A program made the position numbers and the translations under genes. Under the pieces are notes generated by a model. The model made no database searches and was not told the DNA's origin. It saw nothing but the letters and a program-made list of their open reading frames with translations. DNA of 64,000 bases from Trueperaceae bacterium (GTDB lineage: Bacteria > Deinococcota > Deinococci > Deinococcales > Trueperaceae), in assembly GCA_034520945.1 (NCBI GenBank), contig JAXHNB010000010.1:32001-96000 (forward strand), given 5' to 3'. Positions 50,322 through 61,056 of this stretch are shown here, piece after piece. Numbering within the stretch: the first letter of the stretch is position 1; each line of letters opens with the position of its first letter.

Positions 50322-51209
50322 TCATTCCGTGGTGGCGCCCCCAGCGATCGCGTCCCGCACGCGTTCGCCCGCGGCGGCCAGGCGCCTGCGCGCCTCGGCT
50401 GGCTCGACGTCCGCCAGCAGCGTCACGATGGCGTCCCGAATCCGCTGATCGCAAACGGCGAGGGCCGCCGCGGCCGCCTCGTCGTCCACGCCGGTCGCCT
50501 CGCGGACGATCGTCACGGCGCGGCGGCGCAGCTTGGCGTTGAGGGGACGCATGCCCACCATCAGGTTGCCGTACGCGCCGCCCAACCGCACCAGCACCGC
50601 GGTGGACAGCGCGTTCAACGCGGCCTTCTGGGCCGTGCCGGCCGCCATGCGGGTGCTGCCCGCCAGCACCTCCGGGCCGGAGTCCAGCAGCACGCCCACC
50701 TCGGCCTCGCGCAGCAAGGGCGCCCCCGGCGCGTTGGCCAGGCCGACGGTGAAGGCGCCCAGCTCACGTGCGCGGCGCATCGCGGCGCGGGTGTAGGGCG
50801 TCGCGCCGGACGCCGCCACGCCGATCAGCACGTCCGCCTCGCCCAGGCCCGCCTCGTCCACCTCGCCCCTGGCTGCATCCTCGTCGTCCTCGGCCCCCTC
50901 CATCGAGCGGCGGATGGCGGCGGCGCCACCGGCCAGGAGCACCACGGTCCGGTCGAACCCGAACGTCGGCGCCAGTTCGGCGGCGTCCAGCACCGCCAGG
51001 CGGCCGCTGGTGCCCGCGCCGGCGTAGCCGAGGCGGCCGCCGCGCGCCAGCCGCGGCTCGATGCCTTCGGCGGCGCGGGTCAGGTCGGGGAGGGCGCGGC
51101 GTACCGCGGCGACGCCGCCCTCGTGCCCGGCCACCAGGGCCTCCAGGCTGCGCGCCAGCGGCCAGGCGTCCAGCTCGGCGGTGTCGGGATGGCGGCGTTC
51201 CGTGCTCAT
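50322..51209 (-). CDS. murQ: N-acetylmuramic acid 6-phosphate etherase
   Basis: MSTERRHP, GAGTSGRL..LDAAE..PTFG, EGAEDD, GPEVLAGSTRMAAGTAQK, N.KLRRRA. Confidence 0.94.
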   Translation of the reverse strand: MSTERRHPDTAELDAWPLARSLEALVAGHEGGVAAVRRALPDLTRAAEGIEPRLARGGRLGYAGAGTSGRLAVLDAAELAPTFGFDRTVVLLAGGAAAIRRSMEGAEDDEDAARGEVDEAGLGEADVLIGVAASGATPYTRAAMRRARELGAFTVGLANAPGAPLLREAEVGVLLDSGPEVLAGSTRMAAGTAQKAALNALSTAVLVRLGGAYGNLMVGMRPLNAKLRRRAVTIVREATGVDDEAAAAALAVCDQRIRDAIVTLLADVEPAEARRRLAAAGERVRDAIAGGATTE

Positions 51210-52000
51210 GATGGGGCCTCCGGAGGGGCCAGGTCCAGCGCCAGCCGGTAGCGGTCGCCGCGATACGCGCTGCGTACGAACTCGAACGCGTGCCCGGCTG
51301 CGTCGTAGGTGATCCGCTCCAGGGCCAGCACCGGGTCGGTGGGGCCCAAGGCCAGGCGGCCCTGTTCGGTGCGGGTCGGCAGGCGCGCCGACACCGACTG
51401 GCGGGCCCGGTGCGGCGCCAGGGCGAACTGCTCCCGAAGCGTGCGGTACAGGCTTTCGTTTCGGCGCAGCCGCGGGAGGGACAGGTCGGCGTAGGCGGGC
51501 GCCAGCGTGGCGGTCTGCAGCGCCAACGGTTCGCCGTCGGCGGTGCGCAGGCGCGTGACGGTCAGGACGTGTGCGCCCGAGGGGATGCCCAGGCGGGCCG
51601 CCGCCTCGGCGCTGGCGCGGGCACGGCGGGCGCGCAGCAGGGTGGTGCCGGGCGTGAAGCCGAGGGCGTGCGCCTCGTCGGTGAAGCCCAGCACGCGGTC
51701 GAAGGTCTGTTCGAGGGAGGGACGCCGGACGAAGGTGCCGCTGCCTTGGCGGCGTACGACCAGCCCGTCCTCGACGAGCAGCTCGACGGCCCGGCGTACC
51801 GTCATGCGCGACAGGCCCAGGGTCGTGGCGAGGGTCCGTTCGGGCGGAAGGGCGCGTCCTGCTTCCAACTCGCCGCGCCGGATGGCGTGCTGCATCCGTT
51901 CGTGCAGTTGCAGGTAGGCCGGCGTGGGGCGGGCCTTGTCGATGAGCCACGCCGCGCCGGTGTTCACGGCGTCGCCAGGGGCGCCCCCCGATTCGGTCAC
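51206..52000 (-). CDS. GntR family, HutC/UTRA subfamily regulator (NagR/DasR-like)
   Basis: PAYLQL, LPPERTLA...SRMTVRRA, QGSGTFV, C-terminal UTRA ending YRGDRY. Confidence 0.92.
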   Translation of the reverse strand: MTESGGAPGDAVNTGAAWLIDKARPTPAYLQLHERMQHAIRRGELEAGRALPPERTLATTLGLSRMTVRRAVELLVEDGLVVRRQGSGTFVRRPSLEQTFDRVLGFTDEAHALGFTPGTTLLRARRARASAEAAARLGIPSGAHVLTVTRLRTADGEPLALQTATLAPAYADLSLPRLRRNESLYRTLREQFALAPHRARQSVSARLPTRTEQGRLALGPTDPVLALERITYDAAGHAFEFVRSAYRGDRYRLALDLAPPEAPS

Positions 52001-52830
52001 CGCACGCCCCGCAGCGTCGGATCGAACAGGTCGCGCAGGCCGTCGCCGAACAGGTTGAAACCCAGCGACGCCAACAGGATCGCGAGACCGGAAAAGATCG
52101 ACACCCACGGCGAGATCAGCATGTAGTTGCGGCTCTCCGACAGCATCAGGCCCAGCGAGGGGGCGGGCGGTTGTGTGCCCAGCCCCAGGAAGCTCAGCGA
52201 GGCTTCGACCAGGATGGCGGTGGACAGCGACAGCGTGGTCTGGACCATGATGGGGGCCGCGATGTTGGGCGCCACGTGGCGGAAGATGATGCGGAGGCTC
52301 GAGGCGCCCAGGCCGCGGGCGGCGGCCACGTAGTCCCAGGCGAGGACGGACAGGGCGGGCCCGCGGGCCAGGCGCGCGAAGATCGGCGTGTACACGGTCC
52401 CGATCGCCAGGGCGGTGTTGCCGGGGCTGGGACCCAGGACGGCCAGGATGGCGATCGCCAGCAGGATGATCGGGAACGCCAGCAGCACGTCCATCGTTCG
52501 CATCAGGATCCGGTCGACCCAGCCTCGGTAGAAGGCGGCCAGCAGGCCGATGGTGCCGCCCAGAAGGGTCGCCATGGCGACCGCGCCGAAGGCGACGCCG
52601 ATGCTGGCGCGGTAGCCGAACAGGACGCGGCTGAACACGTCGCGACCGAAGTTGTCGGTGCCTAGCAGGTGCGCCAAGCTGGGTCCCTGGAAGCGGTCGA
52701 CGACGATCTGCTGATGCGGGCCGTGCGTGGCCAGCAGTGGGGCCAGCGCCGCGGCGCTCAACACCAGCACCGACAGCACGAAGCCGATGAACCCGACGCG
52801 GTTGCGGTAGAGCCGGCGCAGGAAGGTCAC
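51997..52830 (-). CDS. Peptide ABC transporter permease (OppC/DppC)
   Basis: HLLGTDNFGRDVFSR, YVAAARGLGAS, EASLSFLGLG, GDGLRD. Confidence 0.94.
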   Translation of the reverse strand: MTFLRRLYRNRVGFIGFVLSVLVLSAAALAPLLATHGPHQQIVVDRFQGPSLAHLLGTDNFGRDVFSRVLFGYRASIGVAFGAVAMATLLGGTIGLLAAFYRGWVDRILMRTMDVLLAFPIILLAIAILAVLGPSPGNTALAIGTVYTPIFARLARGPALSVLAWDYVAAARGLGASSLRIIFRHVAPNIAAPIMVQTTLSLSTAILVEASLSFLGLGTQPPAPSLGLMLSESRNYMLISPWVSIFSGLAILLASLGFNLFGDGLRDLFDPTLRGVR

Positions 52831-52858
52831 GATCGATGCCCGTTCGTGGCTGCGCGTG

Positions 52859-53809
<951 letters not shown>

Positions 53810-53888
53810 GGATGTCGGGCCGAGGGGCGCCGAAGGCGGGCCGGGAGATGGGGCGCCCGGCCCGCCCGCGCGTGGGGCGTCGCAGGGC

Positions 53889-55394
53889 TCAGTTCAGGGT
53901 CGTCTCGCGCAGGTAGCGGAGGCCGCGGGTGGGGAGCTGCTGGAACCCTTCGACGTTCTCGCGAACGCCGGTGAACAGGGTTCCATAGGCGATGTGCGCG
54001 ATGGGGCCCTGGCAGGCGAGCTCGCGCTGCAGCTCGGCGTACACCTCGTAGCGGGCGTCCTCGCCGACGGTGGTGCGGCCCTCCTCCAGCAGCGCGTCCA
54101 CTCCTTGGTTCTGGTAATTGAACACGTTGGTGGCGCCGTCGCTGTGGAAGGTGCGGTACAGGTAGCCGTCGGGGTCGACGTTGCCGCCGTTCAGGCTCAC
54201 GAAGGCGTCGAAGTCGCTGTTCTGCCAGTCCTGCACGAAGGTGCCGAACTCGGCGACGTTGACGTCGACGTCCAGCCCCGCGGCCTCGAACTGCGCCTGC
54301 AGCACCTGGGCGGCGTCGCTGACGACCTGGATGGTGCCGAAGGTGAGGATCTCGAACGAGGCGCCGTCCTCGTACCCCGCCTCGGCCAGCAGGTCTTGGG
54401 CGCGCGCGGCGGCGTCCTCACCGCTCGCGTAGCACTGGAACTCGTCGGTCGGCAGGGCCCAGTTGGCCAGGCCGGGGCTGAGGGGGCCGCCCGGTTCGGC
54501 CTCGCCGAAGTAGACGGCTTCGACGATCTCGTCCCGGTCGATGATCAGGTTGATCGCCTGGCGCACGCGCGGGTCGTCGAACGGCGCCCGGTCGACGTTC
54601 ATGCCGAGCAGGGTGTACGCCAGGTCCTGGATGCCCAACAGCTCCACACCGGACGCGCCCTGCAGCGTCTGTGCGGAGGTGGGATCGACGTCCGGGAGCA
54701 GGTGGTAGTCACCCGTCCTGAGGCCGGCGGCGCGGGTGGACGGCTCGGGCACCACGTTGTAGCGCAGGGCCGCCAAGCGGGGCTGTCCGGCGCGGTAGTA
54801 GTCGGGGTTGGCGACCAGCCGGACGGAGGTGTCCGGCACGATCTCGTCCAGCATGAACGGACCCGTCCCGACCGCGACCTGCTGCAGGCCGTCGTTCTCC
54901 TCGACGACCTCGCGCGGGACGACGCTGAGGTTCGCCAGGTTGGCGAGGAACGGCGCGAACGGCTCACTCAGCGTGAAGCGCACCTCGTGCTCGCCCGTCG
55001 CTACCGCGTCCTCGACCTGACTGAAGCGGCTGGCCTGCGGGGAGCCGGTCTCCTCCGCCATGATGCGTTCAAAGGAGTACACCACGTCGTCGGCGGTCAT
55101 GGCGCGCCCGTTGTGGAAGGTCACATCATTGCGCAGCTGCACGTCGTAGACGCGGCCGCCCTCGGACACCTCCCAGGAGGTCGCCAGGGCGGGCTCGATC
55201 GCCAGGTCGGCGTCGACCTCGACCAGGCCGTCGTAGATCTGGCCGATCACCGCGAAGCTGGAGAACGCCGTGACCACGTGCGGGTCCAGCCCGACGGGGG
55301 CCTGGTCGACGGCCAGCTCCAAGGTGCCCTCCTGCGCGAAGGCGGCGGCGCACGCCAGTAGAGCCGTGAGCAACGATGTCTTGAGGGTGTTCAT
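53889..55394 (-). CDS. Peptide ABC transporter substrate-binding protein (family 5)
   Basis: Signal peptide (AFA-Q); LDPH, PALATSW, FHNG..MTADDV.YSF, GTGPF, PFDDPRVRQA; AGGAGGAGG RBS. Confidence 0.94.
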   Translation of the reverse strand: MNTLKTSLLTALLACAAAFAQEGTLELAVDQAPVGLDPHVVTAFSSFAVIGQIYDGLVEVDADLAIEPALATSWEVSEGGRVYDVQLRNDVTFHNGRAMTADDVVYSFERIMAEETGSPQASRFSQVEDAVATGEHEVRFTLSEPFAPFLANLANLSVVPREVVEENDGLQQVAVGTGPFMLDEIVPDTSVRLVANPDYYRAGQPRLAALRYNVVPEPSTRAAGLRTGDYHLLPDVDPTSAQTLQGASGVELLGIQDLAYTLLGMNVDRAPFDDPRVRQAINLIIDRDEIVEAVYFGEAEPGGPLSPGLANWALPTDEFQCYASGEDAAARAQDLLAEAGYEDGASFEILTFGTIQVVSDAAQVLQAQFEAAGLDVDVNVAEFGTFVQDWQNSDFDAFVSLNGGNVDPDGYLYRTFHSDGATNVFNYQNQGVDALLEEGRTTVGEDARYEVYAELQRELACQGPIAHIAYGTLFTGVRENVEGFQQLPTRGLRYLRETTLN

Positions 55395-55469
55395 CTGGGT
55401 CCTCCTCCTGGGGCGGGCGGACGCGACCGGCGGGGGCCGGGCGTCCTCCCTTGCGAAGCGGATGCGACT

Positions 55470-55555
55470 GCGAACGTACCAATCATAGACCAGCGGCGGC
55501 AAGGCGAGGCGTGCCGGCGCCGTTGACGCAACTGGTCTAGTAGAGGTACGTTCGC
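55470..55555. promoter_or_regulatory. Two divergent promoters sharing a 24-bp inverted repeat with GntR-like TGGTCTA sites
   Basis: Minus strand CTGGTCTATGATTGGTACGTTCGC (55493-55470) vs plus strand CTGGTCTAGTAGAGGTACGTTCGC (55532-55555); each reads TTG(C/A)CG-18 bp-TACGTT. Confidence 0.7.
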
Positions 55556-55654
55556 CTCGGTCATACAGCCCGACCCGCTTCGCCGTGCCACGGCGCTCGC
55601 GTCCAGATCGCGAGGCGGGCCCACCACCGCCGACACGCCCCAGGAGGTCCCCGC

Positions 55655-56890
55655 ATGCCCCGATCCCTTCGCACGCTCGCCCTCACCCTCGCCGTGCTCA
55701 TGTTCGGCGCCGCGCTCGCCCAGGTGGAGCTCGACTTCTGGAGTTGGCGTACCGAGGACGTCGACGCCTACGAGACGTTCATCGAGGCGTTCCGGACCGA
55801 CAACCCCGACATCGACGTGTCCTTCACGCCGTACCGGAACACGGAGTACAACACCATCCTCTCCACCGCCATGCAGGGCGGCGGCGGCCCCGACATCGCG
55901 CACCTGCGCGCCTACGGCGGCCTGGAGTCGCTGGCCGAGGCCGGTCACTTGGTGCGCTTGGACGGCGAGATCGAGGCGCTCGACGACTTCGATCCGGGGA
56001 TCCTCCTGGGCGCCACCAACCGTGACGACGGCGGCGTCTACGGCGTGCCGTTCGCACTGCAGACCGTGCAGGTGCTCTACAACGAGGCCATGTTCGAGGA
56101 GCTGGGGCTCGAGGAGCCGCAGACCTGGGACGAGCTCATCGCCGTCTCCGAGGCGCTCCAGGAGTCCGGCGTGAACGCCTTCGCCAACGGCACCAGCGAC
56201 CCCTGGACGGTCGAGACCCTCTTCGGCGGCGTGGCGCCCACCTTCTACGGCTGCAGCGCCTTCTTCGACGAGATCACCGCTGGCGAGACCGACTTCACCG
56301 ACCCGCGCTTCGCGGCGGGCATCGAGCGCATGGTCGAACTCGTGCCCTACCTCGCCGAGAACCACACCGGCATCGGCTACACCGACATGCAGACGCTGTT
56401 CGCCTTCGAGCAGGCCGGCATGCTGGTCGGCGGCTCCTACGAGCTGGGCGTGATGGCGGACATGAACCCGGACCTCGAGATCGGCTCCTTCGCGGTGCCC
56501 GGCGACGCCGCCGACGACGAGAAGTGCATCTCCTTCTACGTGGACGGCTCGTACGGCGTGAACAGCGCCAGCGAGCACCAGGAGGAGGCGCTCGCCTTCG
56601 TGGAGTGGCAGGCCAGCCAGGAGTTCGGTCAGATGTTCACCGACGAGCTGCAGCAGATCTCGGCCGTCCCCGGCGTGGAACCGACCAGCGAGGAGCTGGC
56701 CAAGATGGCGAGCATGATGAACGAGATCGGCACGCCCTACCTGATGCTGACCTCCTTCCGCTTCGGCCAGCCGAGCGGCAGCACGCTGCTCCAGAACGAG
56801 GTTCAGGCCGTCATGGCGGGCGACCAGAGCATCGACGAGGCGGTGACCGACATCCAGCGCGGCGTCGCCGAGTGGTTCGACTTCCAGTAG
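55655..56890 (+). CDS. Sugar ABC transporter substrate-binding protein
   Basis: Signal peptide (ALA-Q); FWSW, GPDI, YGVP, LYN..MFEELG..PQTWDE; AGGAGG RBS. Confidence 0.93.
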   Translation: MPRSLRTLALTLAVLMFGAALAQVELDFWSWRTEDVDAYETFIEAFRTDNPDIDVSFTPYRNTEYNTILSTAMQGGGGPDIAHLRAYGGLESLAEAGHLVRLDGEIEALDDFDPGILLGATNRDDGGVYGVPFALQTVQVLYNEAMFEELGLEEPQTWDELIAVSEALQESGVNAFANGTSDPWTVETLFGGVAPTFYGCSAFFDEITAGETDFTDPRFAAGIERMVELVPYLAENHTGIGYTDMQTLFAFEQAGMLVGGSYELGVMADMNPDLEIGSFAVPGDAADDEKCISFYVDGSYGVNSASEHQEEALAFVEWQASQEFGQMFTDELQQISAVPGVEPTSEELAKMASMMNEIGTPYLMLTSFRFGQPSGSTLLQNEVQAVMAGDQSIDEAVTDIQRGVAEWFDFQ

Positions 56891-56901
56891 GCCCTACCCC
56901 T

Positions 56902-56941
56902 CGCCTCGTGGTCGCGAGCCCAGCGCCCGCGCCACGAGGCG
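56902..56941 (+). other. Intercistronic stem-loop after the sugar binding-protein gene
   Basis: CGCCTCGTGG ... CCACGAGGCG 10-bp arms; position typical of mRNA-stabilising hairpins in ABC operons. Confidence 0.5.
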
Positions 56942-56974
56942 CACGTTTGCCGTGCTCCCCGCATCGTTCCTGAC

Positions 56975-57904
56975 GTGACGTCTCTGCGCCGCTGGTTCTC
57001 CCGGCACGGGCACCTCGTGGTGTTCCTGCTGCCCGGCCTGCTGCTCTACGGCCTGTTCATGGCCTACCCCCTGGCCTCGTCGTTGACCTACAGCCTCTAC
57101 TCCTGGGACGGCTTCCTGCGGGAGGGGTTCGTCGGCCTGGACAACTTCCGGACCGTGCTGTCGCGTTGGCCCTACAACGAGCGCTTCTGGTCGGCCCTCT
57201 GGCACAACGGCCTGTTCTTCCTGCTCACCTTCGCCATCCAGACCACCCTGGGGCTGTTCGTGGCCGTCCTGCTCAACCGCAAGTGGCGCGGCTTCGCCGT
57301 CTTCCAGGCGGCCTACTTCCTCCCCCATACGCTCTCGCTGGTGGTGGTGGGCTTTCTGTGGCTGCTGCTTCTCAACCCCACCTGGGGTCCCGTCGCGCAG
57401 GGCCTGCGTGCGCTGAACCTCGAGGCGTGGGTGCACCCCTGGCTGGGCGACCGCTCCACGGCGCTGGTGACGATCATCCTCGTCAACGCCTGGGCATGGC
57501 TGGGGTTCCCCATCCTGGTCTACCTGGCCGGCTTGCAGGGCATTCCCCGCGAGTACCACGAGGCTGCGCTCATCGACGGCGCCAACCCCTGGCAGGACTT
57601 CCGCTTCGTCACGCTGCCGATGCTCATGCCGACGATCGCGATGGTCACCATCCTGACCTTCATCTGGGACTTCAACGCCTTCGAGCTGGTGTTCGTGATG
57701 CAGGGGCCCTCCGGCAGCCCCAACTACGCCACCGACCTGTTGGCGACGTATTTCTACCGCACCGCCTTCGGCGATCCCACCACGGGCGGCGAGGCCGGTC
57801 AGATCGGGATTGCTGCCGCCATCGGCGTCCTCATGCTGATCATCATCGGCGTGACCTCGTTTTTCGGGGTTCGCTTCAGCCGGCGCAGCCAGGTCGAGGG
57901 ATGA
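56975..57904 (+). CDS. Sugar ABC transporter permease (MalF-like)
   Basis: FVGLDNF, LAGLQGIP.EYHEAALIDGA, F.FVTLP. Confidence 0.93.
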   Translation: MTSLRRWFSRHGHLVVFLLPGLLLYGLFMAYPLASSLTYSLYSWDGFLREGFVGLDNFRTVLSRWPYNERFWSALWHNGLFFLLTFAIQTTLGLFVAVLLNRKWRGFAVFQAAYFLPHTLSLVVVGFLWLLLLNPTWGPVAQGLRALNLEAWVHPWLGDRSTALVTIILVNAWAWLGFPILVYLAGLQGIPREYHEAALIDGANPWQDFRFVTLPMLMPTIAMVTILTFIWDFNAFELVFVMQGPSGSPNYATDLLATYFYRTAFGDPTTGGEAGQIGIAAAIGVLMLIIIGVTSFFGVRFSRRSQVEG

Positions 57905-58737
57905 CGGTGCGCACCTCCCGGCTTGCCACGCGCCTGGCCATCTACGCCTTCCTCGCGACGCTGGCGGGCCTGTTCCTGTATCCGGTCGTGCTGATGGTGT
58001 TTTCGTCCTTCAAGAGCACGCCGGAGATGTTCCAGAACCCGTTCGGCCTGCCCGAGTCCTGGGGTCTGGGCACCTACGCCGAGGTGTGGGACCGGGCCAA
58101 CTTCGGTACCTACCTGCGCAACAGCCTGATGGTGACGGCCACCTCCGCGGTCCTCCTGCTGGCCTGTGCCGCGCCCGCCGCCTACGCGCTGGCGCGCTAC
58201 ACCTTCCGGCTACAGACGTTCCTGTTCCTGTTCTTCCTGGCGGGCATCATGGTGCCGATTCGCCTAGGCATTCTGCCGCTCTACATCCTCATGCGCGACC
58301 TGAACCTGCTGGACACGCCGTTCTCGCTCATCTTCACCTACGCGGCGTCGGGCATGCCGATGGCCGTCTTCCTCCTGTCGATCTTCTTTCGCAACCTGCC
58401 GCGCGACCTCGAGGACGCGGGCCGCATCGACGGGGCGGGTGAGACCCAGATCTTCTGGCGCATCATGCTGCCGTTGGTGCGACCGGGCCTGGCGACGGTG
58501 GTGATCGTGAACATCGTGCCGTGGTGGAACGACTTCTTCTTCCCGTTGTTGTTCATCCAGAGCGACACCTGGAAGACCATCCCCCTCGGTATGCAGATCT
58601 TCTTCGGGCAGCACATGACGAACTGGAGCCTGGTGTTCTCCGGCATGGTGCTGGCCAGCCTCCCCCTGCTGATCATCTACCTGATCATGTCCCGGCAGTT
58701 CATCGAGGGGCTCACGGCGGGCGCCGTCAAGGGATGA
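57901..58737 (+). CDS. Sugar ABC transporter permease (MalG-like)
   Basis: SSFKS, NSL, AAYALAR, LEDAGRIDGA, WNDF, GLTAGAVKG. Confidence 0.93.
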   Translation: MTVRTSRLATRLAIYAFLATLAGLFLYPVVLMVFSSFKSTPEMFQNPFGLPESWGLGTYAEVWDRANFGTYLRNSLMVTATSAVLLLACAAPAAYALARYTFRLQTFLFLFFLAGIMVPIRLGILPLYILMRDLNLLDTPFSLIFTYAASGMPMAVFLLSIFFRNLPRDLEDAGRIDGAGETQIFWRIMLPLVRPGLATVVIVNIVPWWNDFFFPLLFIQSDTWKTIPLGMQIFFGQHMTNWSLVFSGMVLASLPLLIIYLIMSRQFIEGLTAGAVKG

Positions 58738-59963
58738 CGCGGCCGGCGTTCCGCCTCGGCATCGACGTGCTGCTGTCCGACCCCCTGCGCTGGCTGCCGG
58801 GCCCGCGCGTGGGCCTGCTGGCGAACCAGGCGTCGCTGACCGGCGACGGGCGCCCCACCCTGGACGCGCTGCACGCGGCAAAGGGCGTCGACCTCCGGGC
58901 ACTCCTGGTCTTCGAGCACGGCTGGAGCGGCGTCGAGACCGACGCCACGCCCGTCCCGGACCGCGTCGACGCAAGGACGGGCCTTCCCGTGCACAGCCTG
59001 TACGGGCCGCGTCGCACACCCGATCCCGGCATGCTGGCGACCTTGGACGCGGTGGTGGTGGACGTGCAGGAGGTCGGGGTGCGCTGTTACACCTACGCCG
59101 CCACGGTGGCCCTGCTTCTCGAGGCGGCCGCCGAGGCCGGCACGACCGTGGTGATCTGTGACCGTCCCAACGTGCTCGGCGCCTACGTGGCCGGTCCCCC
59201 CTTGGACCCCACCCTGCGGTCGTTCCTGTCGTACCTGCCCACGCCCTTCCAGCACGCCCTCACGTTGGGAGAGCTCGCTGCATGGTTCGCCGCCACCCAG
59301 GGGCCTGCGCACGCCGTGCCGGTGGTGGTGCCCATGACCGGTTGGCGGCGCGGCGACCCCCCGCGGGAGCCGTGGATTCCGCCCTCTCCCGGACTGCCGA
59401 CCCTGGAGGCGGCGCTGTTGTACCCGGGACTGGTGCTTCTGGAAGGCACCAACCTCTCCGAAGGGCGCGGCACCGCGCTTCCGTTTCAACTCCTCGGTGC
59501 GCCGTGGTTGGACGCCTACCCCTTAGCGGAGGCCGTGAATGCGATGGCCTTGCCGGGCCTGCTGGCGCGCCCGCTCGACTTCGTGCCCGACGCGGGTCCC
59601 TTCGCCGGACGCGTGCTGGGCGGCGTCCATCTCCACGTCCTGGACCGCCGCGCCGTACGTGCCTTCGAGGCCGTGACCGCCGTCCTTGGTCACCTTCGCG
59701 ACACCCATGCGGCGTTCGCGTGGGTCGACGCGGGTGACATGCCCTGGCGTCACGACCCGGAGGCGGGCAACCCACGGCACGAACCCACCCAGGGACCGCT
59801 GGTCGATGGGTTGACCGGAAGCGACGCGTGGCGGCGCACGGTCGTCGAGGACGCAGGCGCCGACCGCGACACGGCCCCCTACGCCTGGAGCGACGCCGCG
59901 CACGCCTTCTTGCACGAGGTGGGGCCGCATCTCCTGTACGCGCCCGAGCCGCGCGCCGCATGA
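58734..59963 (+). CDS. namZ: Exo-beta-N-acetylmuramidase NamZ (DUF1343/YbbC family)
   Basis: GLLANQ, EHG, SLYG, DVQEVGVRCYTY, DRPN, WIPPSP, EGTNLSEGRGT..PF. Confidence 0.88.
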   Translation: MTRPAFRLGIDVLLSDPLRWLPGPRVGLLANQASLTGDGRPTLDALHAAKGVDLRALLVFEHGWSGVETDATPVPDRVDARTGLPVHSLYGPRRTPDPGMLATLDAVVVDVQEVGVRCYTYAATVALLLEAAAEAGTTVVICDRPNVLGAYVAGPPLDPTLRSFLSYLPTPFQHALTLGELAAWFAATQGPAHAVPVVVPMTGWRRGDPPREPWIPPSPGLPTLEAALLYPGLVLLEGTNLSEGRGTALPFQLLGAPWLDAYPLAEAVNAMALPGLLARPLDFVPDAGPFAGRVLGGVHLHVLDRRAVRAFEAVTAVLGHLRDTHAAFAWVDAGDMPWRHDPEAGNPRHEPTQGPLVDGLTGSDAWRRTVVEDAGADRDTAPYAWSDAAHAFLHEVGPHLLYAPEPRAA

Positions 59964-60961
59964 CGCCGCCAGCGCGTTCGCCACGAACGAGGCGAGGGGC
60001 CGCCGCGCCGGTGCTCGGCATCGACGCGGGCGGTTCCAGCACGCGCTGGATCCTGCACGGCGACACCGGCCCTTGGGGCCACGGCGCACTGGGGCCGATG
60101 TCGGGACTTGCGTTCATGGCGTCCCCCGGCGCGACACCGGACGGGGTGCGGGCGCTCGTGCACGACCTGTCGCGCGCCGTGAACGACGTGCTGGCGGTAC
60201 GGGCGGGAACGGGCCGGCCGGAACGCGTCGCGCTTGGCGCCGTCGTCGCGGGCGTGACCGGCCTGACACGCGACGATGCCTCCGCCGCGGCGGTGCGGGA
60301 CCTGCTGGCCGAGGGGTTGGGCGTGGATCCGACCCGCGTGTACGTCATGGACGATGTGATCCTGGCCTACCACAGCGCCTTCGCCCCGGGCGAGGGGATC
60401 GTGGTGTACGCCGGAACCGGCTCCGTCGCCGCGCACGTCGATGCGAAGGGCACCATGGTGCGAGTCGGCGGGCACGGCTACCTGATCGACGACGCCGGCG
60501 GTGGGTACTGGATCGGGCGGCACGCCCTCCGGGCCGTCCTACGCCAGGCCGATCGCCTCGGCGAGCCCGCGGTCGGCATGCTCGCCGAGTCCATCTACCA
60601 GGCCCTGGGGAGCCGCGACTGGCCCGACATCCGTCAGCGTATCTACGGCGGAGGGCGTCGCGAGCTCGCGCAATTGGTACCGGTCGTGCGGCACGCCGCG
60701 ACGCACGGCGACCGTGAGGCCTTGGGAATCGTCGAAGAGGCAGGACGGGAACTGGCGCGCCTGGCAGCCACGCTGATGGAGCGCTTGGGACGTGGCCCGC
60801 TGCCCGTGGCCCTCACCGGTGGGGCGGCGGCCGGGTTGGGGCAGCATCTCCGGCGCGCCATGGCGCGCCATCTCGCGGACGACACCGAACTCCGCGCCGC
60901 CGAACGAACGCCCGTGGAAGCGGCCGTCCACCTGGCGGAGGAACGACGATGGAGACACTGA
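59960..60961 (+). CDS. BadF/BadG/BcrA/BcrD-type GlcNAc/MurNAc kinase
   Basis: GIDAGGSST, YAGTGS, GGHGYLIDDAGGGYWIG. Confidence 0.87.
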   Translation: MTPPARSPRTRRGAAAPVLGIDAGGSSTRWILHGDTGPWGHGALGPMSGLAFMASPGATPDGVRALVHDLSRAVNDVLAVRAGTGRPERVALGAVVAGVTGLTRDDASAAAVRDLLAEGLGVDPTRVYVMDDVILAYHSAFAPGEGIVVYAGTGSVAAHVDAKGTMVRVGGHGYLIDDAGGGYWIGRHALRAVLRQADRLGEPAVGMLAESIYQALGSRDWPDIRQRIYGGGRRELAQLVPVVRHAATHGDREALGIVEEAGRELARLAATLMERLGRGPLPVALTGGAAAGLGQHLRRAMARHLADDTELRAAERTPVEAAVHLAEERRWRH

Positions 60962-61056
60962 AGCCCGTGGCCGAGCGCTGGCAGCCGCGGCGCCGGCACC
61001 GCCACCCTGCCGGCGCGCGGGCGGCATAGCCGCGGCGCCGTGCTACCTTCGCCGCC

